A stretch of DNA of 64,000 nt, from positions 62,001 to 126,000 of IMG/VR virus record IMGVR_UViG_3300013233_000093. One strand, 5' to 3'. Made by a program: the position numbers and the translations under genes. Positions within the stretch are counted from its first letter, which is position 1, and the number at the start of each line of letters is the position of its first letter. This document shows positions 48,623 to 57,786 of this stretch, one piece after another. Below the pieces are notes generated by a model that made no database searches, was not told the DNA's origin, and was given only the letters and a program-made list of their open reading frames with translations.

Positions 48623-49531
48623 ATGATGGCTGGTGGAATTTTATCTGGGTTGACGGCGTTCGTGGACGGCCTTATCCCTTCGTTTAAGAAAAACCGATTG
48701 CCTGAAAAGCTGGACACCACGTTTAAAGGCATGTCTACTGTAGTAGCGATCTACAACATGGATGGCAGAGACCGTACATTGCAAATGACACTCGAGGACA
48801 ATTACCCTACAATGATTCGTGGCATCGAGCGCCGGTGCAATGAATATCGTGGTAACTTTGTAGACTTCGTTTATCGTACTGCGGTGGATCGCATTAACGA
48901 TCGTGCGGATCTCCTGGCAGTCTGCGATGAGGCATTCGGCCCTAAGATCTCTAAAAACGATCTCACGTATCGTCAGACGCAGTTATTGCAATACACCACA
49001 GGACTGGGGTTCTTTGTGTTGTACGCGCGTAAACTGATGATGCAGGCGTATAACGACCTCATCGACGATCCTTCCATTGTATCGCCCATCGATCACGAAG
49101 ACGAAGAGTTCTTAGAGAACGTAGTCAATCAACGTAACTTTGCAATCATCGTGTCTGCCATGCAGCTGTCCGCTAAAGACATCGGCAGAGCCACAGTGAA
49201 TCTAAGCAACTTGATTTACGACGAGTCTACTTACGAGTACGTCAAGCGTGATAACAAAGGCGGTCTGGATCCATTGAAGATTGGCCTGTTACCAATCATA
49301 GGCGATTTGGCGTACGCGATCGGTTCTTCCGTGTCTGAATATTTCGTGAACCAGATCGAACGGGATAAGGCAGAGGCTGAAAAGTTGAAAATCCAGGTGT
49401 TGTTGATGCGCCGTAAACTTGACGGCGTTGTGGATAAAGATTCCATTGAGAAGCTTAAGAAATCCATCGCGTATTACAACGATCGGATTAACAAGCTGGC
49501 AATGGAAGAAGAAGACATTCTAGATAACTAA
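48623..49531 (+). CDS. Head/inner-body protein (phiKZ gp90-like)
   Basis: LIPSFKK, YARKL and DPLKIG motifs; C-terminal coiled coil; synteny. Confidence 0.68.
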   Translation: MMAGGILSGLTAFVDGLIPSFKKNRLPEKLDTTFKGMSTVVAIYNMDGRDRTLQMTLEDNYPTMIRGIERRCNEYRGNFVDFVYRTAVDRINDRADLLAVCDEAFGPKISKNDLTYRQTQLLQYTTGLGFFVLYARKLMMQAYNDLIDDPSIVSPIDHEDEEFLENVVNQRNFAIIVSAMQLSAKDIGRATVNLSNLIYDESTYEYVKRDNKGGLDPLKIGLLPIIGDLAYAIGSSVSEYFVNQIERDKAEAEKLKIQVLLMRRKLDGVVDKDSIEKLKKSIAYYNDRINKLAMEEEDILDN

Positions 49532-49551
49532 CTGTGGTGTAGGAGTGGCGT

Positions 49552-50028
49552 ATGTTTGTAGTCGGGGAAGGGGATTGGGATGCGTTGTGTAATCTTATCG
49601 CGCGTAAGGAAGTGCTTGGTGATACAAGTCTGTCTGTAGACGATGTGTTGGAAGGCATGGGCATCTTACAGCGATCTGAGTTATGGCGTTGTAACGATAA
49701 CATGACGATGGAGGCGTACGACCTGTCGTTAGACTATCTACACAAGTTAAAAGATCCGAAACGAACGGCGTATCCGTTCTTCTACATATCAGATGAACCC
49801 ACTGTGCTCAGTGAAGATGCGTGCCAAAAAGCCGCAACGCATTTCGATCATGAGATCATCGAGCATTTTGGTGCGGGTAATTTACAACAAGTCATAAGCT
49901 TGTTTAAAATACCGTTTACCTACGAGGCGCTGGTAGACGGCCTTATCCTGATTTATGTTATGGGTCTATTAAGCGGACGTATTCCTCAGGACGCGGGCGG
50001 GTACATCGACATGCTAAAAATAGCTTAA
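49552..50028 (+). CDS. Hypothetical protein
   Basis: AGGAG SD; head cluster. Confidence 0.6.
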   Translation: MFVVGEGDWDALCNLIARKEVLGDTSLSVDDVLEGMGILQRSELWRCNDNMTMEAYDLSLDYLHKLKDPKRTAYPFFYISDEPTVLSEDACQKAATHFDHEIIEHFGAGNLQQVISLFKIPFTYEALVDGLILIYVMGLLSGRIPQDAGGYIDMLKIA

Positions 50029-50125
50029 ACGTAATTTTACGCACATCCATTTAGGGTGTGCTTAGTAACGCGCTCCCTAGCGCAAAGTGTGATCACACTT
50101 AAACTTTTACTTAAGGAAATTTCCT

Positions 50126-51439
50126 ATGAACATGATCGCTCAAGATCTTGGTGCTGTAGCTTTTACCGAGTCAGACGAGGTTATCGCTGGTTTGCAATCC
50201 ATGGACTCCGAAGTTGAAATGGCAGAAGCCAATGCTTTGGAAGTTCAACATTCACGCATCGAAGCCGATATCGCTGCGGCGTCCAACGTCTGTGCCGGTC
50301 TGCAATCCTTGCATGACAGCGCTGCACGTGCAAGTGCACAAGGTGGATTAGACGGTAATGGCGGTGACGTACTGCTGGTCGCCGCAGAAGCATTGCTGGC
50401 TACCATCGGTGTCCAAAGCTCCACTGGCCTGCCTGGTATGCAAGCGTATAACAGCAACAGCAAAGGCGCTACTGTCGCGGGCATGCAGTCCTTCGGCGAA
50501 TGGATCAGCGGCATCTGGAATTCCATTGTGAAGGCTGTCAGTAAAGCCACGCAAGCAGTAGCCGCATGGTTTAAGAAATGGCTTGGCACAGTAGAAAGGC
50601 TCGAAAAGGCTGGAAAGAAATTGCGCTTGAATGCACATAACCGCGAAGACACTAAAGGTATTTTAGCTGAACCAACCTTCGAGGTGAGCAATTACTGGCT
50701 GCTAACTGAGAATGGCACGTCCGACGAGGTCAAGCCCGACGATTTCGCCGGTATGGTTGCAGAGGTAGAGGAATACTACGGCAGTGGATTGGTGGATGAT
50801 TTTGTTAAATCTATCGAGGAAACCATGGACGGCATTAAGAGCGATCCGGATAAAAGCGGCAGCCTGACCAGTAAAGACCTCGCGTACGTCAATAAGTTCA
50901 AAAAGATGTACAAAATCAAATCAACCACGGTGGATAGCGATGAGGGAGTTGAAGTGTCCACATCTCAGACGGCATTTAAAGGCGCCGAAGTCTTTGGCAA
51001 CGGTTTCTTCTACGCAATCGATGACAGTGAATCAAAAGGCTTTGACTTTACTGGTAGATTTCATGCTCCGGTTAAAAAGCAATTCGGCGGGGAAAGCAAA
51101 AAAGAAATCGACGCTTACGGTATTTCTGAAATAATATCAGTAGCCACTACAGTTGTAGATGCGTGCTCTTATATCAAAAGAAACGATCCTTTTAAAGATT
51201 TCGACGATGCAAACAAAGTCGTATTGAAAGCCGCCGAGGAAGCTGTCAAGGAAATTGAAAATGCGGAAAGATCTGCCGAAGGTGGTGAGTTTAAATCAAT
51301 TGCTTCTGATGTTACGGCAATGGTGGTTAGCGCCACCACAATGTTGCGCATGGTGAACCGTGACTACATCAAGCATGTCGTAAATGTTGCACAGAACCAG
51401 CACAGCTTCGCTGTCAAGTGTTACAAAAACATCAAATAA
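50126..51439 (+). CDS. Major internal head protein (phiKZ gp93-like family)
   Basis: Long acidic propeptide with five G-x-Q sites, GGLD motif, then amphipathic WISGIWNSIVKA…WFKKW helix. Confidence 0.78.
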   Translation: MNMIAQDLGAVAFTESDEVIAGLQSMDSEVEMAEANALEVQHSRIEADIAAASNVCAGLQSLHDSAARASAQGGLDGNGGDVLLVAAEALLATIGVQSSTGLPGMQAYNSNSKGATVAGMQSFGEWISGIWNSIVKAVSKATQAVAAWFKKWLGTVERLEKAGKKLRLNAHNREDTKGILAEPTFEVSNYWLLTENGTSDEVKPDDFAGMVAEVEEYYGSGLVDDFVKSIEETMDGIKSDPDKSGSLTSKDLAYVNKFKKMYKIKSTTVDSDEGVEVSTSQTAFKGAEVFGNGFFYAIDDSESKGFDFTGRFHAPVKKQFGGESKKEIDAYGISEIISVATTVVDACSYIKRNDPFKDFDDANKVVLKAAEEAVKEIENAERSAEGGEFKSIASDVTAMVVSATTMLRMVNRDYIKHVVNVAQNQHSFAVKCYKNIK

Positions 51440-51467
51440 GACTAAGGTCATATTTGAGCTACTACTG

Positions 51468-51506
51468 AATGGACAGCTGCTAACGCAGCTGTCTGTTTAT
51501 GCCGTC
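51468..51506. terminator. Hairpin followed by TATGCCG
   Basis: aatggacagctgc-taac-gcagctgtctgtt-tatgccg. Confidence 0.65.
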
Positions 51507-51546
51507 TACTATGTTTTGTATACAACTAAAGTATTAGGATTTTACC

Positions 51547-53097
51547 ATGCCCTTTGTAACGTTGATAGTGCCACAGCACGAAATAACCGTGGGGAGACCC
51601 ATCGCCAATGAGATCATGGAAGACGTTAGGACTGCAATGGGACTTTCATCTGACATGGAGATACAGTTAGCAGATAAGCTTGAAGGTAAACCGCGTCCAG
51701 GCACCACACTCACAGACTCAAACAACGAAGTGGAAAACAGCGCCGCTGTAAAGGCGAATATAATCAGAGCCACTGTAAAAGAGACGTACACAGAAGACGG
51801 CATTATGACTTCTGTGGTGTATCGCCCTGGTCATAAAGCATTGTTTATAGACAGCGCAATAGGCCTTTATATCAAGCCTGTCTATGGCACTACGATGTTG
51901 GAGTTCGACATTACGATAAACTTTCGTAATAGAAGCGATCTGATGGCCTTACGCAGACGTTTACGATTATCTGGTGGATTGCCACAGGCACACGTTAAAC
52001 ACGCCGTACGGTACAACTACGGGCTTCCTGACACGGTAGCGTTATTCCTACATACCACGTGGACACTCAGAGAGAACATGGGCGGGTACGGAGAGACGTT
52101 ACAAGAGTATCTAGATAACCATTTCATCCAGGGACGTATTACAAGATCGTCTATGGACGGCAAGACCAATCGCCTTGCGATAGATGAAATACAAACAGGC
52201 ATCTTTGGTTTATATGGAGATGAAGTCTATTACAATGAAGTGGAGGCCAGTGATAACGTCTTTCAAATGACGTTAACGTATAAAGTACAGTACGAGCAAA
52301 TACTGGGACTGACAATGCAGTATCCGAAAGTCATCCATAACCAGCCTATACCGGCGTACTACGACGAGTGGTGGCAACCTAAGGAAGTCGTGAGTTCCAT
52401 GCCCAGTATGCCAGTTGGCTATCCGTTACCCAAGACCATGCCGCTGATACTAGGACAGACTCCAGAGGGTGGTGGTATACGCATAGATCCCACAGATGAA
52501 TGGTTTCCCACGAACGTCCCGTACAACACACGCTCCATACTGTTCACGCCTTTGTACATTGAACCCGGGAACGAAAATGCGTTGTTTCATATAGACGATT
52601 TTACAGACGCGGAGTTACCGCCCATTGTTAAGTTTTATCTAGAGACGTTTCCAACCCAGATAACAGAACTGGGATCTGGATTACCGTACTACATCCAGGC
52701 GTTTAGAGTGAATGAAATCGAAGAAGAGATTACACTATCCATATCGGACACAGGACATGTCACATCCGTGATACCAATGGATGTTCGAAGACGTAACTAT
52801 CTCCGTGTCAGCATGATGGTGGATTTATCCAGCATTTCTATGGAGCACTCGCTTTACTTATGTAAAAACCCAAACATAGCAGAAGGTGTGTTTAACTTAA
52901 ACTACGGTGAGGTATTCTTAAACACAGATGGATGGCTGACCACCACTCCGGATAAAAGTCAGATCTTACCCACAGAGTTTAAGAAGTCAGTACAGCGTAT
53001 GCCGACCACACACTCCAGATACAAAGAGTCTTCTCGTTATAGAGAACATGCAGTCCAATACGGCAGTGTAACCGTCCACGCCCAACTACCGAGGTAA
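51547..53097 (+). CDS. Virion structural protein (neck/tail-terminator region)
   Basis: TVGRP, LFID…YIKPVY, YPKVIHNQ and RRNYLR motifs; synteny with the phiKZ gp98-101 block. Confidence 0.65.
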   Translation: MPFVTLIVPQHEITVGRPIANEIMEDVRTAMGLSSDMEIQLADKLEGKPRPGTTLTDSNNEVENSAAVKANIIRATVKETYTEDGIMTSVVYRPGHKALFIDSAIGLYIKPVYGTTMLEFDITINFRNRSDLMALRRRLRLSGGLPQAHVKHAVRYNYGLPDTVALFLHTTWTLRENMGGYGETLQEYLDNHFIQGRITRSSMDGKTNRLAIDEIQTGIFGLYGDEVYYNEVEASDNVFQMTLTYKVQYEQILGLTMQYPKVIHNQPIPAYYDEWWQPKEVVSSMPSMPVGYPLPKTMPLILGQTPEGGGIRIDPTDEWFPTNVPYNTRSILFTPLYIEPGNENALFHIDDFTDAELPPIVKFYLETFPTQITELGSGLPYYIQAFRVNEIEEEITLSISDTGHVTSVIPMDVRRRNYLRVSMMVDLSSISMEHSLYLCKNPNIAEGVFNLNYGEVFLNTDGWLTTTPDKSQILPTEFKKSVQRMPTTHSRYKESSRYREHAVQYGSVTVHAQLPR

Positions 53098-53104
53098 ATT
53101 AAGA

Positions 53105-54334
53105 ATGGCCATCAGACGACCTGGTGCAGCGGCGTCTACGGACGCACCTGCCACAATAAAAGAACGAGACATTGTAAGTGCAGCGCATTACAGTGACGCA
53201 GATAACACGACACGATTGTTAAACGACCTGGAGGGAGATCACTTTGTCACCAAAGCCTGGTATGGACAGCTACTTGTCACCGGGACAGAACCCAGATCGC
53301 TAGACACCACAATCGACGCCACCTTACAGCAGTATGAAAAGGTGATGGAGTTACGACTTGTCATTCAAGATGCCGTATCGTTCTCATCTGACTTACAGAC
53401 GGGATCCTACGAGACCACAGGAGAAGCGTACATCTTCCCAGGTACCGTCACACCCATCGTCGGAGACATGTTTGTCGCATCACTGTCTCCAGCACAGGAA
53501 GCGGTCTTCACAGTCACATCTGTAAACTCACTGTCTGTGTATAAGAGACCCGCATACCAGATCGAGTATAAGGTCTGGGGTGTAAACGATGACATAGCCA
53601 CAGCGAACCTGGAGACAAAATCAGTAGCGCATTACTACTTCTCTAAGGAACGTTTCGTTCGTGGCGATTCCCCAATCGTCACGTATACAGAAGCCAATCG
53701 TGCTGTAAATTACACCGCCACGATCGAGCGCTTAGTGCGGGACATGTACGATCGTTTTTACGATCACGAGAACCGCGTGTTTGTCTATACCCAAGATGAT
53801 CTGTCCATTTACGATCCGACTGCATGTGAGTTCTTTAATGCGATCGTTCCAAAGGCTTTGCGAGCAGGTCGACCTAGAGTGGTAAGCTATGCGGATGGGT
53901 CCCATCCTGCGTATATAAAACGTCCTTCTTTATGGCGTGCACTTATACAACGCAGCTCATACAACATGCATCGTTTTCCAAGAGCGTACTTGCCGGTGAG
54001 AACGGGTGAACTGGCTAAGGCGGAGATTTGGTACAGCATCTCCATGACACAGCTTGATTACATTATGCTGCCCGACACCACCACTCTGGATGGCGCTACC
54101 GCAGATAAGCCGTACGTCGTCAGTAACGAGTGCTATGAAGGCACTGGAGTTACCGATAAGTTCGAGGACGCCATCTTATCAATGATAAGCAATCAGCCTA
54201 TCGACGCACAGGTAATCCTAGATGCCATTAATGCATTGGATGTCACAGACGCAGAGTTACCCGAGCATCGCCGTTTTTACAAGACTATATTACTATTATG
54301 CATGTTAGTCTTTAACTTGCATGAAATCCAATAG
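53105..54334 (+). CDS. Virion structural protein (neck/head-closure-like)
   Basis: LEG…YGQ, QQY, PIVGDMF and YDP motifs. Confidence 0.65.
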   Translation: MAIRRPGAAASTDAPATIKERDIVSAAHYSDADNTTRLLNDLEGDHFVTKAWYGQLLVTGTEPRSLDTTIDATLQQYEKVMELRLVIQDAVSFSSDLQTGSYETTGEAYIFPGTVTPIVGDMFVASLSPAQEAVFTVTSVNSLSVYKRPAYQIEYKVWGVNDDIATANLETKSVAHYYFSKERFVRGDSPIVTYTEANRAVNYTATIERLVRDMYDRFYDHENRVFVYTQDDLSIYDPTACEFFNAIVPKALRAGRPRVVSYADGSHPAYIKRPSLWRALIQRSSYNMHRFPRAYLPVRTGELAKAEIWYSISMTQLDYIMLPDTTTLDGATADKPYVVSNECYEGTGVTDKFEDAILSMISNQPIDAQVILDAINALDVTDAELPEHRRFYKTILLLCMLVFNLHEIQ

Positions 54335-55127
54335 GAGTAGTAACTTGAACAAGCAAGAATTAGCGAAACACATCTTTAGACACACTTACCGTTGTGAATG
54401 CACCACTCTGGCGTACGAGTCTATTACAGACGTCGTCCGTATCCAGCGCAAGACCATGAACACCACCGTATTTGATCCTTACGGACAGCGCATCGTCATT
54501 ACAGAAGACCCGTCTGAAATAGAGGCTTCGGTAGCAGCGACATTTAGCCGTGTTTCTAATTACTCTGGCGATGAGGCGGCGGATGCGTTAGCGGCAAAAT
54601 CGCTAATGACATACGACCTGACTATCAACCAGATGATCGAGATGAACGTGGACAACGGTTACGACGTAACATTGCTGGATCTGTCGTCTGCAGAAGAGTT
54701 GATTGGTGTGGTCGCAGACTACATTAACATCGTCCAGGAAGACGTAACCTTATCCGCCCATGGTGCTGGTGTGCCGGATAAAGACATCCGTGCGCTTAAC
54801 GAGTTCTACACCAAGGTACTGCCCTTAAGAAACATGATTGGCAGTGCACGGGGCAGCAGTGATATGTGGGACGCACTGTCTGGCATCTTTGCTACAATCG
54901 GGTTTACCTTAAACGAGTCGAACAATGAGTTGGAATCACTGGCATCCCGCTGGGCAGAACCGGTTCCCACATTCGAAGAAGCACGTTTACTGGTACACGA
55001 AGAAGCAGTTAAACCCTCCATCCGCCCGACGTCACAACGAGGCTGGGGCGGCAACGGCCTGAACACGGGTAAAACACACGACGAGACGATTCGTAGAAGT
55101 GATTCGAATCCGTACGACTTCGGATGA
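54321..55127 (+). CDS. Conserved hypothetical protein in the structural cluster
   Basis: Overlaps both neighbours; LTINQMIE motif. Confidence 0.65.
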   Translation: MKSNRSSNLNKQELAKHIFRHTYRCECTTLAYESITDVVRIQRKTMNTTVFDPYGQRIVITEDPSEIEASVAATFSRVSNYSGDEAADALAAKSLMTYDLTINQMIEMNVDNGYDVTLLDLSSAEELIGVVADYINIVQEDVTLSAHGAGVPDKDIRALNEFYTKVLPLRNMIGSARGSSDMWDALSGIFATIGFTLNESNNELESLASRWAEPVPTFEEARLLVHEEAVKPSIRPTSQRGWGGNGLNTGKTHDETIRRSDSNPYDFG

Positions 55128-56479
55128 GTGTTCTTAACTCCGCTACGTACGAGGAGATGTTGGAGCTGGTAAAGCGTCCTTCGTATCCAGTGCGTTGGAA
55201 GTATTCCTGTGTGGTGATAACCGACGGCGTGCGTAACGATGTAATCAACTTAAACATCTATCAAGTAAAGAACGATTTCGTAAACGAGTATTACGGATAC
55301 CACTTCTTAACGGTAACGGTAGATGCGGTGGTGCATCGTCGTATGTTGAATAACCTGACTTCTCTGCAGGTGGAACTCACACAGACTCAGGATGAAACGG
55401 CAAGTGTGCCGCAGACAGGTAAGGTAAAGAGCCAACTGTTTAACGCCAAGTTGACAGACCCAACCAATCCTGAGTTGATGTCTATACAGAAGGGCGGGTC
55501 AAGAGACGATCAGCAATCCCAGTTACTGGGACACGCGGAAATCACGTTACAGCTCATCGAACCCTTCATGTCGGACTATCGCGTGATGGAGATAGGTGGT
55601 GTGGTGCGTGACGAGACCGTACAGGACGTCCTAACGGTCTTACTCGGTAGAGGCTTGCCTAAGGTAGCCTCTGCAGATCTCCTCTCTGATCCGTCTTATA
55701 TGGGCTTACGTGGTGTGCATGTGGTAAAGCCAGATAATACGATCGTGCATAAGCAGCTTATCCTAGAGACAGGCACACGCCTGATAGACTTGCCTAGGTT
55801 GTTGCAAGACACTGTAGGTGTGTATACTTCTGGTTTAGGATGGCATGTGCACCGTGGCAGGTGTTATGTGTTTCCTAAGTTGCGATACGACTTGTTTCAG
55901 GAAGACACACGCACACTGACGATTCTTAATGTGCCGGAAGCAGAGATCCCCACCATGGAGAAAACCTTCTTGGTGCGGTCAGGACAGTTGTTTGTTTTCT
56001 CTACAGGAGAAACAGGCCATGCTGATTTGTCTGAGGAAGCCATTGCTAATGTCGGTAACGGACTTAGATTTATTAAGTCCACGGACCTGGTAAACGGGTA
56101 CCATGTAAACACCGAGAACAAAACCAGCTTTACGCGCACCGACTATGTACGAGAGTACTTAATAGACGAACGTGCGCAAGGAGACAATAACGTAAAGTCC
56201 GCTAAGCCGTTCTTCACCGACAACCCGTTTAACGAGTTATCTGAGATGACGGAAGGGCTGGGTTCTAGGCTCCGTGTAAACTGGGATCATGCAGAACCCA
56301 ATCTGCTATACCCGGGCATGCAGGTGCGGTACATGTACGTACATAACGATGAAGTAATCCAGATGTACGGAAGTCTAATCGGACTGCATACGTTCGCAGC
56401 ACCCACTACGGATCGTGTATTGGATAATCAATATACGACATCCTGTTCACTAACCATTCACGTTAAACGTAAGGCATAA
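55124..56479 (+). CDS. Baseplate hub-like virion protein (phiKZ gp101-like)
   Basis: PDN, LQ…GVYTSGLG, YVFP, GNGLRF and LLYPGM motifs. Confidence 0.65.
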   Translation: MSVLNSATYEEMLELVKRPSYPVRWKYSCVVITDGVRNDVINLNIYQVKNDFVNEYYGYHFLTVTVDAVVHRRMLNNLTSLQVELTQTQDETASVPQTGKVKSQLFNAKLTDPTNPELMSIQKGGSRDDQQSQLLGHAEITLQLIEPFMSDYRVMEIGGVVRDETVQDVLTVLLGRGLPKVASADLLSDPSYMGLRGVHVVKPDNTIVHKQLILETGTRLIDLPRLLQDTVGVYTSGLGWHVHRGRCYVFPKLRYDLFQEDTRTLTILNVPEAEIPTMEKTFLVRSGQLFVFSTGETGHADLSEEAIANVGNGLRFIKSTDLVNGYHVNTENKTSFTRTDYVREYLIDERAQGDNNVKSAKPFFTDNPFNELSEMTEGLGSRLRVNWDHAEPNLLYPGMQVRYMYVHNDEVIQMYGSLIGLHTFAAPTTDRVLDNQYTTSCSLTIHVKRKA

Positions 56480-56529
56480 GCGCACATCACACATGGCAGT
56501 GGCCATGTGTGATGTGTCTTTTCTTTTTT
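56474..56529 (+). terminator. GCATA-hairpin with T tract
   Basis: cacatcacacatggc-agtg-gccatgtgtgatgtg followed by tcttttctttttt. Confidence 0.75.
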
Positions 56530-56544
56530 GCTGTGTTGACTAAA

Positions 56545-56603
56545 TATTCAAAACTATATCACTATTATGATGGATAACGTGTTGTTGTCTTTAGACTAGA
56601 GGT
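56545..56603 (+). promoter_or_regulatory. Type-B early promoter plus leader hairpin
   Basis: Exact 26-mer at 56545-56570. Confidence 0.8.
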
Positions 56604-56610
56604 TTATGCG

Positions 56611-56886
56611 ATGAAATTAGTAACGACGTATCCCCATGCAGATAATTTTTGGCTTAATAACGCGGAACGTGTACTGCAACTACGAACGCCGGGCATGTCG
56701 GAAACACACCTGCTTATGTTTACAGCAGAATACATTGAACGGGCGTGCGGAACTGCACATGCATTGGGACACCTAGACCCAATAAAGGCGGTGTTGTACG
56801 TACCGGGCGCAGAGTCGCCGTGCAACTGTGTCCTTGCAGTAGCCACCGACAAAGGCGTGTTTATTTACGAGAAGCTGTCCGACTAA
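56611..56886 (+). CDS. Small early protein, MKLV…GVFIYE family (91 aa)
   Basis: GAGG SD; same termini as the type-A cassette proteins. Confidence 0.75.
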   Translation: MKLVTTYPHADNFWLNNAERVLQLRTPGMSETHLLMFTAEYIERACGTAHALGHLDPIKAVLYVPGAESPCNCVLAVATDKGVFIYEKLSD

Positions 56887-57001
56887 CACCACGGAGTTAC
56901 CGATAAATGAGATTTATAGCTACGAAAAAGGCATTATTCTTCACCAAAGAAAAGCCAGGCGCCCTGACAATTAAAAGGATTGAGGGGATGGGGTATGCCG
57001 T

Positions 57002-57238
57002 GTGTGTAATGGAGAGGTTTGCGGTTGCCCAACCACCGAGCTTACGTTTAAGCTTGGGATGTTAGACCCGTCAACAACCATTGTTTTTCTAGAGCCGTGT
57101 GATGAACACCTGGCACAAGAATTACACGTTACATATGCCAATTACAATAGTGACGTAATCACGATTCATCATGCCACATGGCACCGTGGCTACAGTCAGT
57201 CCCACCACAACTTTAACCCAACCACCGAGAGAGAATAG
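57002..57238 (+). CDS. Hypothetical protein (possibly 3' part of a frameshifted gene starting at 56907)
   Basis: GTG start inside a (GT)4 run; an upstream 52-codon ORF from ATG 56907 overlaps it. Confidence 0.35.
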   Translation: MCNGEVCGCPTTELTFKLGMLDPSTTIVFLEPCDEHLAQELHVTYANYNSDVITIHHATWHRGYSQSHHNFNPTTERE

Positions 57239-57242
57239 AACT

Positions 57243-57659
57243 ATGAGTACAAGTAGCATTATTGAGATCACCGACGGGTCTTACCAATCAGAGCTGAGTG
57301 CCATCCCTGAAAGCTGGCGTACATACCGACAGTGCTTTAGTGCTGTAGTAAAAGACGGACTGGCGCTAGAACATGTGCCGGTGAAACATCGAACAGAAGC
57401 AATGTGCGCCGCGGCGTGTGCCGAAAACGGTAATGCGGTTCGTTATATACCCCCTTCCCTGAGTGACCCAACCGCGGTTATCGTGGCAGGATTAAGCAAT
57501 TTTGGATACGCGTTACACCATGTCCCAGAGGAGCAACGCACTATAGAAATGTGTTTCGCTGCAGTATGTCAAGACCGTGAAGCATGGACGTGGGTTCCGG
57601 ATGCCGTGCGTCCGCTCTTACACGAATGGTTGGGCACTAGCACACCTAAAGAACAATAG
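57243..57659 (+). CDS. DUF4116-like repeat protein
   Basis: Repeats AV..(D/N)G.AL.(H/Y)VP...RT..MC.AA. Confidence 0.7.
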   Translation: MSTSSIIEITDGSYQSELSAIPESWRTYRQCFSAVVKDGLALEHVPVKHRTEAMCAAACAENGNAVRYIPPSLSDPTAVIVAGLSNFGYALHHVPEEQRTIEMCFAAVCQDREAWTWVPDAVRPLLHEWLGTSTPKEQ

Positions 57660-57746
57660 GTTAGTCAACGCCACATAACCTATTTAAGGATTACTCCTCT
57701 GCTTAACGGCAGAGGGATACTCCTTTTTTTCTTTTTTGCATTTACA

Positions 57747-57780
57747 GCATACAGTTTGGGGATATCCCCAGACTGTATAT
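57747..57780. terminator. GCATA-hairpin at the dnaB 3' end
   Basis: atacagtttgggg-atat-ccccagactgtat. Confidence 0.6.
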
Positions 57781-57786
57781 AGCGTA

